Positions 16,091 to 23,901 of a DNA stretch of 32,000 bases are shown one piece after another. Within the stretch, counting starts at the first letter, position 1. Every line of letters starts with the position of its first letter. Source of the DNA: Sinorhizobium meliloti. Lineage in GTDB: Bacteria; Pseudomonadota; Alphaproteobacteria; Rhizobiales; Rhizobiaceae. The stretch lies in assembly GCF_017876815.1 (NCBI RefSeq), contig NZ_JAGIOS010000001.1, forward strand, positions 2,340,001-2,372,000, read 5' to 3'. The translations under genes and the position numbers were made by a program. The notes below the pieces were generated by a model. It was not told the origin of the DNA. It worked only from the letters and a program-made list of their open reading frames with translations, and made no database searches.

Positions 16091-17030
16091 TGGTCTTCTT
16101 TCCGTAGATTGCGGCGTTCAGTTCGCGGATGGCACCTGCCGTGCGGGGGCCGAAGCCGAGCAGATGCAGCCCATCCATGCGGATCAGTGCCTTGTTCTTC
16201 GCAGCCGGGGTCAGGCTGAGCGCCGGAAGGGCGAAGAGTTCGTCGGGGCCTGCAGCGTGGCTCCCGCCGCGATTCATCATCAGGACTACATCGGGCTTGG
16301 CCTCGATGATCGCCTCCTCAGTCAGCGCCTTGTAGCCGGGCAGGGTGCCGACGGCGTTGACCCCGCCGGCAAGCTCGATGATACCGGCGGCGGCGGTGCC
16401 GGTACCGGAGGCGAGAACCCTGCCGCCCTGGGTGCTCAGAATGAAGAGGACACGCTTGCGCTCGCCTTGCGGGCGAGCGGCACTGTCGGCCATGGCGGCG
16501 GCGAGATCCTTCTCCACGGATTGCGCGAGCGTTTCGGCCTTTTCCTTCACGCCGAGGAAAGCGCCGACCGCGCGGATCTTATTGACGATGCCGTCCTTGT
16601 CATAGGTCTCGGGGACGCTGGTGAAGGGAATGTTCGCCTCTTTGAGCACAGCGAGCGCTTCCGGCGGGCCGCTGCCCTCGACGGCGACGATTGCCGTCGG
16701 ATTGACTGCGAGGACGCCTTCGGGCGCCAATTGCCGCATGTAGCCGACATCAGGCAGCTTGGTTGCCGCCTCCGGGTAAATGCTGGTGGAATCGCGCCCG
16801 ACGAGGCGGTTCTCCTCGCCGAGCGCATAGATGATTTCAGTAATCGCGCCGCCCACCGAGACGACGCGGGAGGTGTCCGGCTGCTCGAGCACCTCGGCCA
16901 TCGCCGGGCGCAGGAAAGGCGGGGCTCCCGGCGCAAACGAGGGCAGCACGAAGGGCGCCGACAGCGCGAAGGCCGCGAGGGCCATTTCCCAACGCCGAAG
17001 ACGGCGGATAGCGAAGCCGTTCATCATCAC
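16077..17030 (-). CDS. hmuT: Hemin ABC transporter periplasmic binding protein
   Basis: 317 aa with an N-terminal signal-like segment and a class III (FhuD/BtuF-like) binding-protein pattern (RVVSVGGAITEIIYALG..., KPDVVLMM). It lies between hmuS and hmuU. Confidence 0.88.
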   Translation of the reverse strand: MMMNGFAIRRLRRWEMALAAFALSAPFVLPSFAPGAPPFLRPAMAEVLEQPDTSRVVSVGGAITEIIYALGEENRLVGRDSTSIYPEAATKLPDVGYMRQLAPEGVLAVNPTAIVAVEGSGPPEALAVLKEANIPFTSVPETYDKDGIVNKIRAVGAFLGVKEKAETLAQSVEKDLAAAMADSAARPQGERKRVLFILSTQGGRVLASGTGTAAAGIIELAGGVNAVGTLPGYKALTEEAIIEAKPDVVLMMNRGGSHAAGPDELFALPALSLTPAAKNKALIRMDGLHLLGFGPRTAGAIRELNAAIYGKKTNASQ

Positions 17031-17084
17031 TTCCTTTGAATCTATGCGTGTCGTCCCAAACCGCCGCCCGGTTGGGCGGCACCA

Positions 17085-18152
17085 TCAGGCCGCGACGACG
17101 GCTTCCAGACGGGGCAGCTCCTCGACCAGGCTGCGCCATTCGGCCCTCTCCGAGGAACCTTCCTTCCGCTTCCCGAAAAACTGGATGATCATCTCGCCCT
17201 TGGCGTCGAGCCCTTCGAGGGAGGTCACGTGTCCGTCCGCGGTCGGCTTGCGCACGGCCCAGAGCTCGGCGATGTGGTCGGTGCGCAGATGCAGATGGAA
17301 GGTTTCGTCCATCACGTTCAGCCACGGCCCCATCGTGCCGATCTTGACGACCGGACCGGAATGAATCTGGATGACGCCGCCATTGCCGACGAAGCACATG
17401 ATCGGCAGCGCCGTCTCTGCAGCACTGCGCATCATCATCTCGATGCAGGCCGTGTCGAGCCGCCAGGCGAAGTCGTCGCCGATCGCGTGCAGGGCCCGGC
17501 GCCGTCCGATATTGAGCTTGCGCAACATGCCGGGGAACTGATGCGTGTCCGTGAGCTTCGACCAGCGGTCGCGCAGCTCTGCCGTATCGACTGCGGCATC
17601 GACCGCATCGTCGGTTGCGGGCGCGCCGGCATCGGCGATGAAGTCCTGCGACTGGTCGTCCAGGCGAAGATCTTCGACCATCTTATCATAGGCGGCGAGG
17701 TTCGACTGGGGACGCAGATGAACCTTGTGGACGGCATGACCCCACTTGTCGAAGAACTGCAGGCTGCGGCGAACCTCCCCTTTCGCATCCGTCTTGGTCA
17801 CGGCGAAACCATGTGCCCAGGCGCCCGGAAAGATGCGCAGGTCGATTTCGGAGCCAAGCACCAGAGCCGCGGCGTGTCCTTGCTTGATGTTCTCGTAGAC
17901 GCCGACCTTTTCGTGGACGGCGCTTTCGTTGCGGGTAAGCGCAAGGACTTCGCCCAACTCCTCGACGCGCTCGAGGAAGCGGCCGGCGCTGCTTTCGATC
18001 CGGACCGCGGTGAGGCCGCATTCGGCAGCGACGAGCGCTGCCTCCGAAATGCCGAGCTTCGCGGCGATGTCGCGTTCGCGCAGTTTCGGATTCTCGGCGC
18101 GATAGGCCCGGATTTCGGACGGGGTGGGGCGAATGCTCTCAGTCATCGTCAT
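17085..18152 (-). CDS. hmuS: Hemin transport/degradation protein (HemS/ChuS/HmuS family)
   Basis: 355 aa, with size and position (between hmuP and hmuT) typical of HmuS. It shows an internally duplicated fold pattern. It is 4 nt downstream of hmuP. Confidence 0.85.
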   Translation of the reverse strand: MTMTESIRPTPSEIRAYRAENPKLRERDIAAKLGISEAALVAAECGLTAVRIESSAGRFLERVEELGEVLALTRNESAVHEKVGVYENIKQGHAAALVLGSEIDLRIFPGAWAHGFAVTKTDAKGEVRRSLQFFDKWGHAVHKVHLRPQSNLAAYDKMVEDLRLDDQSQDFIADAGAPATDDAVDAAVDTAELRDRWSKLTDTHQFPGMLRKLNIGRRRALHAIGDDFAWRLDTACIEMMMRSAAETALPIMCFVGNGGVIQIHSGPVVKIGTMGPWLNVMDETFHLHLRTDHIAELWAVRKPTADGHVTSLEGLDAKGEMIIQFFGKRKEGSSERAEWRSLVEELPRLEAVVAA

Positions 18153-18156
18153 CTCG

Positions 18157-18339
18157 CTACTTGTTCAGAATCAGCTTGCCCTGGCGGGTGATCTTCATCC
18201 GGTAAATCGCCCCGTCGTGGGAAATGAGAATCTCGTTGTGGCCGCGGAAAAGGTCGTGGCTCTCGACGATCGGTTGCGGCCGGTTCAGCGGCGCCACGGT
18301 TTGCGGGGATCGTGGATTATCGGTGTCGTTCGGTGTCAC
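18157..18339 (-). CDS. hmuP: Hemin uptake regulator protein HmuP/HemP family
   Basis: 60 aa with an apparent GTG start at 18339. The C-terminal half (ESHDLFRGHNEILISHDGAIYRMKITRQGKLILNK) matches the HemP/HmuP signature. It is the first gene of the hmu operon. Confidence 0.8.
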   Translation of the reverse strand: MTPNDTDNPRSPQTVAPLNRPQPIVESHDLFRGHNEILISHDGAIYRMKITRQGKLILNK

Positions 18340-18413
18340 GGTCTTGCCAATTCGCGAGTTGGAGACGAGACGAGCGCGTCATCCATTGGTCCCGCCCATT
18401 CCATTTAGTATCT

Positions 18414-18428
18414 TGACTTCATTACTCA
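18414..18428. promoter_or_regulatory. IRO-type (RirA) iron-responsive operator candidate, TGA-N9-TCA
   Basis: TGActtcattacTCA lies in the divergent hmuP / orf-tonB control region, 75 nt upstream of the hmuP start. 12 of 17 positions are identical to the second box at 19994-20010. Confidence 0.55.
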
Positions 18429-18526
18429 TATTTCTTTAAGGACGCAATACCGGAATGTTGCGGTCAACTTAAAAGCAACGCGTGCGGGGACCCAATGGAC
18501 CGACGCGGACAGCGAGTGGTGTCAGG

Positions 18527-18961
18527 ATGACTTATTTTTCCCGTTTTGCCTTTGCGGCCTGCGTAGCTCTCGTCACGGCAGGGGCAGCCCGAGCGCAGGA
18601 TGCCGCCGCGCCGGCCGGCCTTTCGATCGAGCTCAACGAGATCGCGCCGTCGGAAAAAGGATGCAAGTTGACCTTCGTCGCCGGTAACGCGCTTGCTCAC
18701 TCGCTTTCGAAGGTTTCGTTCGAATTCGTGCTCTTCGATCAGAAAGGCCTGGTCGAGCGCATGGCCGTGCTCGATTTCAGGGATCTCCCCGCGGGCAAGA
18801 CGAAAGTCAGGCAGTTCGATCTGCCGGGTACGAAATGCGAGGCGGTGAAGAGCCTGCTGATCAACGATGCACCGACCTGCGTCGGCGAAGGCGTCGACAA
18901 GAGCGCCTGCATGACCGACCTGAAGACCGGCTCGAAATCGGCCGTGGAACTCAAGGGCTGA
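18527..18961 (+). CDS. Exported hypothetical protein (signal peptide, 4 Cys) upstream of tonB
   Basis: In frame with ORF 18482..18961. The ATG at 18527 gives MTYFSRFAFAACVALVTAGAARAQ (signal peptide with AxA). It is 144 aa, and I recognise no family. Confidence 0.7.
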   Translation: MTYFSRFAFAACVALVTAGAARAQDAAAPAGLSIELNEIAPSEKGCKLTFVAGNALAHSLSKVSFEFVLFDQKGLVERMAVLDFRDLPAGKTKVRQFDLPGTKCEAVKSLLINDAPTCVGEGVDKSACMTDLKTGSKSAVELKG

Positions 18962-19001
18962 GGTTCGCGTCCTCGAAATTGCCGGCGGAAGGCAAGACAG
19001 A

Positions 19002-19928
19002 ATGAAACACATGGCGAAATGGGCGGCGGCGATCGGCCTTTCCCTGCTGGCGCATGCCGGCGGGGCGACGTTGCTTGCGCCCGAAGAGGAAAAGGAGCTG
19101 GCGCTCATCGCCGGCGGCTCCACCGTGGAAGTGTCGCTGCTCGGCAATGCTTTCGAAGATACCGTCCAGGCGGGGGACCCATCCGAAGTGGTGGAGCCGG
19201 CGGAAGAGACGCCCGAGGAACTGAAGCCGACCGAAAGCGAACCGACGGAAGAGGTGGTCGAAGCCGTGGAGCCGGTGCCGACCGAGCCTGTCTCCCAGGA
19301 GCCGTCCGAGATGACGCCGACGGAAGCGGACGTCATCCTTCCCGCGGAAGAAATGCCGGCGAGCCAGGTCGAAGAATCAGACGTGATCGCAAGCATCGCT
19401 CCGGTCGAGACCGTCATTCCGCAGGAGAGACCGGACCCTGAGGAAGTCCTGAAGCCCGAAGTCGAGAAGGTTGAGCCGAAGAAGGAGCCGGCGAAGAAAA
19501 AGAAGGTCGTCCGGAAAAAGGCAGGTGAGGGCGGCACTCAGGCGAAATCGCAGAAAAAGGGCAAGGCCGACGGCGCAGAGACTGCCACGGCGGCTGCCGC
19601 CACGGGAGAAAGCCGGGGCGCCTCGCGGGAAATCGGCAATGCCGCGGTGTCGAACTATCCCGGCAAGGTCAGAAGAAAGCTGACCCGCGCTATTCGCTAC
19701 CCGGCCGAGGCCAGACGGCAAGGCCTGCGTGGAGTTGCCCATGTCAGCTTTACCGTAACGTCCGGTGGTGGGGTGGCAAGGGTCGGCATAACGAAGAGCG
19801 CCGGTTCGCCCGTCCTTGATCAAGCCGCGTTGGAAACCGTGCGCCGGGCAGCACCCTTCCCAGCCATTCCCGCCGGGGCGGGGCGCGACAGATGGGAATT
19901 CAACATTCCGGTGGCCTTCACCCGGTGA
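19002..19928 (+). CDS. tonB: TonB energy-transducer protein
   Basis: 308 aa with an N-terminal anchor (WAAAIGLSLLAHAGG), an acidic Glu/Pro-rich spacer and then a Lys-rich spacer. The C-terminal TonB domain reads YPGKVRRKLTRAIRYPAEARRQGLRGVAHVSFTV...ALETVRRAAPFPAIP. Confidence 0.9.
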   Translation: MKHMAKWAAAIGLSLLAHAGGATLLAPEEEKELALIAGGSTVEVSLLGNAFEDTVQAGDPSEVVEPAEETPEELKPTESEPTEEVVEAVEPVPTEPVSQEPSEMTPTEADVILPAEEMPASQVEESDVIASIAPVETVIPQERPDPEEVLKPEVEKVEPKKEPAKKKKVVRKKAGEGGTQAKSQKKGKADGAETATAAAATGESRGASREIGNAAVSNYPGKVRRKLTRAIRYPAEARRQGLRGVAHVSFTVTSGGGVARVGITKSAGSPVLDQAALETVRRAAPFPAIPAGAGRDRWEFNIPVAFTR

Positions 19929-19993
19929 AATCAGGCTGCGGAATCTGCTTCCGCGAGCAAGGAATATGCCGCGGGAGACAGACGCGAAAAATA

Positions 19994-20008
19994 TGATTAA
20001 ATCACTCA
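19994..20008. promoter_or_regulatory. Second IRO-type (RirA) box candidate, TGA-N9-TCA
   Basis: TGAttaaatcacTCA sits in an AT-rich patch between tonB and the DUF2325 gene. It resembles box 1 (TGA.T..AT.ACTCAT shared). Confidence 0.5.
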
Positions 20009-20135
20009 TGTTTGTACTTTACTCTCTCTATCAAGTTTTATAGGTTGCCTCCGTCACGCAACCGATCGGTGTGTGCCAAATCTGATTGGCGATGGACCGC
20101 AATGCCGGCGTCGCGGAGCAAGACGGAGACGACGG

Positions 20136-20549
20136 ATGGGTGGCAAGCGGCACCAGAATTCAGGCAAGGGCGGCAAGGGCAGGGCGAAAGACGCGGCGAG
20201 CGCGCCGCAACCGAATGCCGGCAAGGTAACGCTCGAGGGCCGCAGCTTCCTCTATGTCGGCGGCCGCGACTGCCAGGTCGCGCATCTTCGCCAGATCGCC
20301 AGTTCCTACGGTGCGGAACTCATCCACCATGACGGCGGTTTACGAGAGGCGGTATCGCGCATCGATCGTGTCCTGCCCTCGGTCGACTGCGTCTTCTGCC
20401 CGATCGACTGCATCAGCCACGATGCGTGTCTTCGCGTGAAGACGGGCTGCAAGAAGTGGGGCAAGGCCTTCGTGCCGCTGCGCAACGGCTCGAAGTCGAG
20501 CCTCGAGCGGGCGCTTCAGGATCTGACCGGAAACGGCAGCGAGAATTGA
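20136..20549 (+). CDS. DUF2325-like protein with polybasic N-terminus and a Cys-rich motif
   Basis: In frame with ORF 20073..20549. The start is ATG 20136 after GGAGA, with an alternative GTG at 20073. Core sequence: SFLYVGGRDCQVAHLRQIASSYGAELIHHDGG...DCVFCPIDCISHDACLRVKTGCKKWGKAFVPL. The family call is from memory of the CP.DC.SH.A motif. Confidence 0.7.
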   Translation: MGGKRHQNSGKGGKGRAKDAASAPQPNAGKVTLEGRSFLYVGGRDCQVAHLRQIASSYGAELIHHDGGLREAVSRIDRVLPSVDCVFCPIDCISHDACLRVKTGCKKWGKAFVPLRNGSKSSLERALQDLTGNGSEN

Positions 20550-20601
20550 ACCTTATACGAGCGGTCAGACGGCATTCCTGCCGGCCGCATGGAGCTTTCA
20601 A

Positions 20602-20868
20602 ATGCATGACGAGCGTCCCGATCAGATGACGATGATCGGTCTCCACAAACTCGCTTCTCAATTCGGTGACGGACTGGTCCCCGAGCTCTACGAGCTTCTC
20701 ACGCGCCGGGCACGGATGCTGGAGGAAAACGACAACGTGACCGAGTTTCCCACCTGGCAAGCGCGCCCGCCGGCGAGGGATCCTCTCGGCCTTGCGCCGC
20801 CGAGCGAGGGAGCTATCCTGCCGTTTCCGCGAATGATCGCGCAGCCCGTCTCGCAAAAGAAGGCCTAG
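20602..20868 (+). CDS. Hypothetical 88-aa protein
   Basis: The ORF is tightly packed between the DUF2325 gene and the ABM gene (12 nt before the next ATG). Third-position GC is coding-like, and GGAG lies 12 nt upstream. I recognise no family. Confidence 0.5.
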   Translation: MHDERPDQMTMIGLHKLASQFGDGLVPELYELLTRRARMLEENDNVTEFPTWQARPPARDPLGLAPPSEGAILPFPRMIAQPVSQKKA

Positions 20869-20880
20869 GAGAGTTAACGC

Positions 20881-21195
20881 ATGTACTTCGCCATGAACCG
20901 TTTCCGTGTCGCAGCCGGTCAGGAGGAGGCCTTCGAGGCGGTCTGGAAGGCGCGCGACTCTTCTCTCTCGGAGATGCCGGGCTTCATCGAATTCCATCTG
21001 CTGCGCGGCGACAGCGTGCCGGAGGAAGGCTACACGCCCTTCATTTCGAAATCGGCCTGGGAGAACAGGGACGCCTTCATCGCCTGGACAAAGTCCGACA
21101 ATTTCCGCGCGGCGCACCGAAGCGCCGGCGAAAACAAGGCAATGTATCTCGGTCCGCCGAAGTTCGAGGGCTTTACCGTCGTCGAGGGTGCCTGA
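20881..21195 (+). CDS. IsdG/HmuQ-like heme-degrading monooxygenase (ABM domain)
   Basis: 104 aa with SD AGGAGA. It has an ABM fold pattern and candidate catalytic residues Asn6, Trp69 and His79. The 10-residue Trp-His spacing matches what I recall for IsdG (N7/W67/H77). It sits in a heme-uptake neighbourhood. Confidence 0.75.
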   Translation: MYFAMNRFRVAAGQEEAFEAVWKARDSSLSEMPGFIEFHLLRGDSVPEEGYTPFISKSAWENRDAFIAWTKSDNFRAAHRSAGENKAMYLGPPKFEGFTVVEGA

Positions 21196-21241
21196 TCTCA
21201 GGCCTGTTGAGATTCTTCTATCGAAGGACTGCAGTCTCTCC

Positions 21242-21280
21242 GCTTCCTCATCTCTGTGCTTGTCACAGAGATGAGGAAGC
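21242..21280. repeat. Perfect 17-bp-stem palindromic repeat GCTTCCTCATCTCTGTG-cttgt-CACAGAGATGAGGAAGC
   Basis: Read directly, 47 nt after the ABM gene stop. It is an inverted-orientation relative of 9366-9396 (the loop cttgt is the reverse complement of acaag). It may act as a terminator/insulator. Confidence 0.8.
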
Positions 21281-21344
21281 GCCGCGGCTGCGGCGCGGGG
21301 AATGTTTTTTCAGTCCAAGGACTTGGTCTGGCTGGATCCCTGTG

Positions 21345-21351
21345 ACGAGCA
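21345..21351. repeat. Target-site duplication ACGAGCA (left copy)
   Basis: This 7-mer immediately abuts the IS end TGCCGATTCC... The same 7-mer abuts the other end at 23902-23908. Confidence 0.7.
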
Positions 21352-21401
21352 TGCCGATTCCGATGAAGCCGCCCCTTTGTTCCGAGATGATTGCGCCCCC
21401 G
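21352..21401. repeat. IS21-family terminal inverted repeat (istB-proximal end)
   Basis: TGCCGATTCCGATGAAGCCGCCCCTTTGTTCCGAGATGATTGCGCCCCC aligns by hand (about three quarters identical, one 1-nt gap) with the reverse complement of 23852-23901. Confidence 0.7.
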
Positions 21402-21477
21402 GTTTCCGGGATGATCTCGCCCCCTGTTTAGTGGGGTCTGCAGGCGATGATTGTTGTCAGTTCATTCAGGCGAGGTG

Positions 21478-22215
21478 TCAAGCTTTGCGCGGTAGATTTC
21501 GGCGCAGACTATCGCCGCTCAATTCGATGCGGTGGGCATTGTGGACCAACCTGTCGAGTATGGCATCGGCGTAGGTTGGGTCGCCAATGACGCCGTGCCA
21601 TGCGGACACGGGAAGTTGGCTGGTAATGATCGTTGATTTGCGTCCATAGCGATCTTCGAGGATTTCCAGCAGGTCGTGGCGGGCCTGTTCGTTGAGCGGC
21701 TCGAGCCCCCAATCATCCAGTATCAGGAGCTGAACATGGCCCAAGGTTCGTTGCAGGCGGGCGTAGCGGCCATCACCACGCGCGAGCGCAAGCTGGGCAA
21801 ACAGCCTTGGGACACGCTGATAGAGAACTGAGCGATCGTCTCGGCAAGCCTTGTGGCCGAGAGCGCAAGCCAACCAACTCTTTCCGACACCCGAGGGGCC
21901 GCAAATGGCCAGATTGTCATGGGCGTTGATCCAGTCGCCACCGAGCAGCTTCATGAAGAGAGCACGGTCGAGGCGGCGGTCGGCGCGATAGTCGACATCT
22001 TCTGGGGTGGCCTGGTGGCGAAGCTTGGCAAACCTGAGGCGTGCCGCAAGCTTCCGATCGTAACGGGAGCTCCATTCCCGTTCGAGCAGCAGTCCGAGCC
22101 ATTCGGCGTGCGAGAGATGTTCGGCTTCGCCGTTGGCAACAAGTTCGCCAAAGGCCTTTGCCATGCCGGCCAGGCCCATGGCATTCAATTTATCCAGTGT
22201 TGGATGGGCAAGCAT
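21478..22215 (-). CDS. istB: IS21-family transposition helper ATPase IstB
   Basis: 245 aa with Walker A (CGPSGVGKSWLACALG) and Walker B (LLILDDWG). It starts 12 nt downstream of istA. Confidence 0.93.
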   Translation of the reverse strand: MLAHPTLDKLNAMGLAGMAKAFGELVANGEAEHLSHAEWLGLLLEREWSSRYDRKLAARLRFAKLRHQATPEDVDYRADRRLDRALFMKLLGGDWINAHDNLAICGPSGVGKSWLACALGHKACRDDRSVLYQRVPRLFAQLALARGDGRYARLQRTLGHVQLLILDDWGLEPLNEQARHDLLEILEDRYGRKSTIITSQLPVSAWHGVIGDPTYADAILDRLVHNAHRIELSGDSLRRNLPRKA

Positions 22216-22227
22216 CTTTCGTTCTCC

Positions 22228-23778
22228 TTAGTGGTAATAGCGAGGTCCGCGGATGTTGGCGTGATGGATCGGTTCATGCGGCGCCGCTCCATTTGAGGCA
22301 GCCGTCCGGTCAAGGTGATTGTCGAGGATGGATCGCACCGAGCCATAGGTTCGTGCGCCAATCTCCAACGCACGGCCGCAAGCGGCATTGACCCTGTCGC
22401 GGCCGAAGCTCTTGTTGAGGCGGATGATGCCGAGGCAAGCTCGAAAGCCCTGCTCGGGATGAGGCCTGTCGGCAAGAATGCGCTCGCACAACAGCGCAAC
22501 ATCCGGCCCCATCGCAGAGGCTTCGCGTTGAATCCGTTCAATCGTCCAGTCGGCAAAGCGGCGATGCGCAGAGGGCATATGATCGGGGATCGTCGTGTGC
22601 TTGCCGTTGCCGCTGGAGCGCCGGTGAGCGGCAATTCGCTCGCCCTTGTGGAAGATCTCGATCGTATTGGCGGTGATACGAGCCTCGACCTGCTCGCGGG
22701 CAAAGCGATAGGGAACGGAATAATAGTGCCGCTCGATCTCGACGTGATAATCCAGCCCGGCGCGCCGGATACGCCATTCGGCAAAGACATAACGTTCGAC
22801 AGGCAGCGGTCGCAAAGCCGGACGATCAAGCTCCTCGAACAATTGGCGGCGCGTGGCGCCGACACGGCGCAGAACGCGCTTATCATTGAGATCATGGAGC
22901 AATTGGCCAATCGCCGCATTGACCTCGGCCAAACTATAGAAGATGCGATGGCGCAGCCGGCCCAATAGCCAGCGTTCGACGATACGAACCGCAGCTTCCA
23001 CTTTCGCCTTGTCCCGCGGGCGTCGCGGCCGCGTCGGCAAGACGGCGCTGCCATAATGGGCCGCCATCCCGCAATACGTCCGGTTGACCTGGGGATCGAA
23101 GTGGCAGGCCTTGATGATCGCTACCTTGGCATTGTCGGGAACCAGCAAGGCTGGCGCACCGCCAAAGTACTCCAGCGCCAGGATATGGCATTCAATCCAG
23201 TCGGGAAGCGTCTCGCTCCAACGTGCCTGCGCATATGAAAGGCTGGATGCTCCCAGAACCGCCACGAACAGGTGCGCCTGCCGTGTCTTGCCGGACAGCC
23301 GATCAACGACAACCGTGACCGTGTCGCCGGCGTAGTCGACGAACAGCTTGTCGCCGGCCGCGTGATCCTGCCGCATCGTCACAGGCAACTTCATCGCCCA
23401 GCCGCGGTAGAGGTCACAGAAGCGACTGTAACGATAGCCCTCCGGATAACGGCTGATGTATTCGTCCCAAAGGATCTGCAGCGTCATATGCTTGCGCTTC
23501 AGCTCGCGGTGGACCTGCGTCCAGTCCGGCTCAGGGCTCCGACGATGACCCGTCTTCGTCCCGCCTGCCTTGTAAAGCGCCGCTTCCAGGACTGCATCGC
23601 TGATGTCGTCACCCAACGGCCACGATAGCTCCGCAATGGCCGCACGCCGAAGCGTCTCGCGCACCGTCGATGGCGCAGCTCCAACCCGAACCGCGATCGA
23701 CTTGTGGCCAAGTCCTTGTTCGAAGCGATATCTCAATATCTCGCGGACACGCCGCATCTCCAGTCTCTCCGCAGGCAT
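22228..23778 (-). CDS. istA: IS21-family transposase IstA
   Basis: 516 aa with an N-terminal HTH (MRRVREILRYRFEQGLGHKSIA) and a DDE integrase core (KLFVDYAGDTV...AHLFVAVLGASS...LVPDNAKV). Confidence 0.93.
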   Translation of the reverse strand: MPAERLEMRRVREILRYRFEQGLGHKSIAVRVGAAPSTVRETLRRAAIAELSWPLGDDISDAVLEAALYKAGGTKTGHRRSPEPDWTQVHRELKRKHMTLQILWDEYISRYPEGYRYSRFCDLYRGWAMKLPVTMRQDHAAGDKLFVDYAGDTVTVVVDRLSGKTRQAHLFVAVLGASSLSYAQARWSETLPDWIECHILALEYFGGAPALLVPDNAKVAIIKACHFDPQVNRTYCGMAAHYGSAVLPTRPRRPRDKAKVEAAVRIVERWLLGRLRHRIFYSLAEVNAAIGQLLHDLNDKRVLRRVGATRRQLFEELDRPALRPLPVERYVFAEWRIRRAGLDYHVEIERHYYSVPYRFAREQVEARITANTIEIFHKGERIAAHRRSSGNGKHTTIPDHMPSAHRRFADWTIERIQREASAMGPDVALLCERILADRPHPEQGFRACLGIIRLNKSFGRDRVNAACGRALEIGARTYGSVRSILDNHLDRTAASNGAAPHEPIHHANIRGPRYYH

Positions 23779-23851
23779 CCCGTTCCTTCCTCGTCACGTC
23801 GAAGGAAGAAACTTCACACCAGCAGAACACCCACGCCAGATGCTTTCCGAT

Positions 23852-23901
23852 GGGGGCGGCATCATCTCGGAATCAGGGGGCGGATTGCCTCGGAATTTGC
23901 A
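23852..23901. repeat. IS21-family terminal inverted repeat (istA-proximal end)
   Basis: Its reverse complement reads TGCAAATTCCGAGGCAATCCGCCCCCTGATTCCGAGATGATGCCGCCCCC, which matches the other terminus. Confidence 0.7.

Larger units (their letters stand above)
21352..23901 (-). mobile_element. IS21-family insertion sequence (istA + istB), 2,550 bp
   Basis: It carries ~50-bp imperfect terminal inverted repeats that begin TGC.(A)ATTCCGA and contain reiterated TTCCGAGATGAT..CGCCCCC-type sub-repeats (3 copies at the istB end, 2 at the istA end). It encodes two genes, istA (516 aa) and istB (245 aa), and is flanked by a 7-bp direct repeat. Confidence 0.9.

Noticed and set aside
17031-17084. A small GC hairpin (CCGCCC-ggtt-GGGCGG) between hmuS and hmuT, considered as an internal attenuator.
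   Set aside because: The stem is only 6 bp with a weak trailing T-run. That is insufficient to claim a regulatory element inside an otherwise tightly coupled operon.
18404-18420. TTTAGTATCTTGACTTC, considered as a possible Irr ICE box (TTTAGAA-N3-TTCTAAA type).
   Set aside because: Only the first half-site resembles the motif. The second half does not match, and the region is better explained by the overlapping TGA-N9-TCA box.
18464-19537. A 357-aa Ser/Gly/Thr-rich ORF antisense to the exported ORF and tonB.
   Set aside because: Its low-complexity region is the mirror image of the Glu/Pro/Thr-rich TonB spacer, and the tonB reading has a canonical C-terminal TonB domain. No independent start signals were seen.
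21207-21431. A 74-aa + strand ORF running from the repeat region into the IS end, and the 90-aa ORF 21302..21574.
   Set aside because: Both read through palindromic repeats and the IS terminal repeats (the repetitive peptide ...MIAPPVSGMISPPV reflects the reiterated IS end motifs). Neither is a plausible gene.
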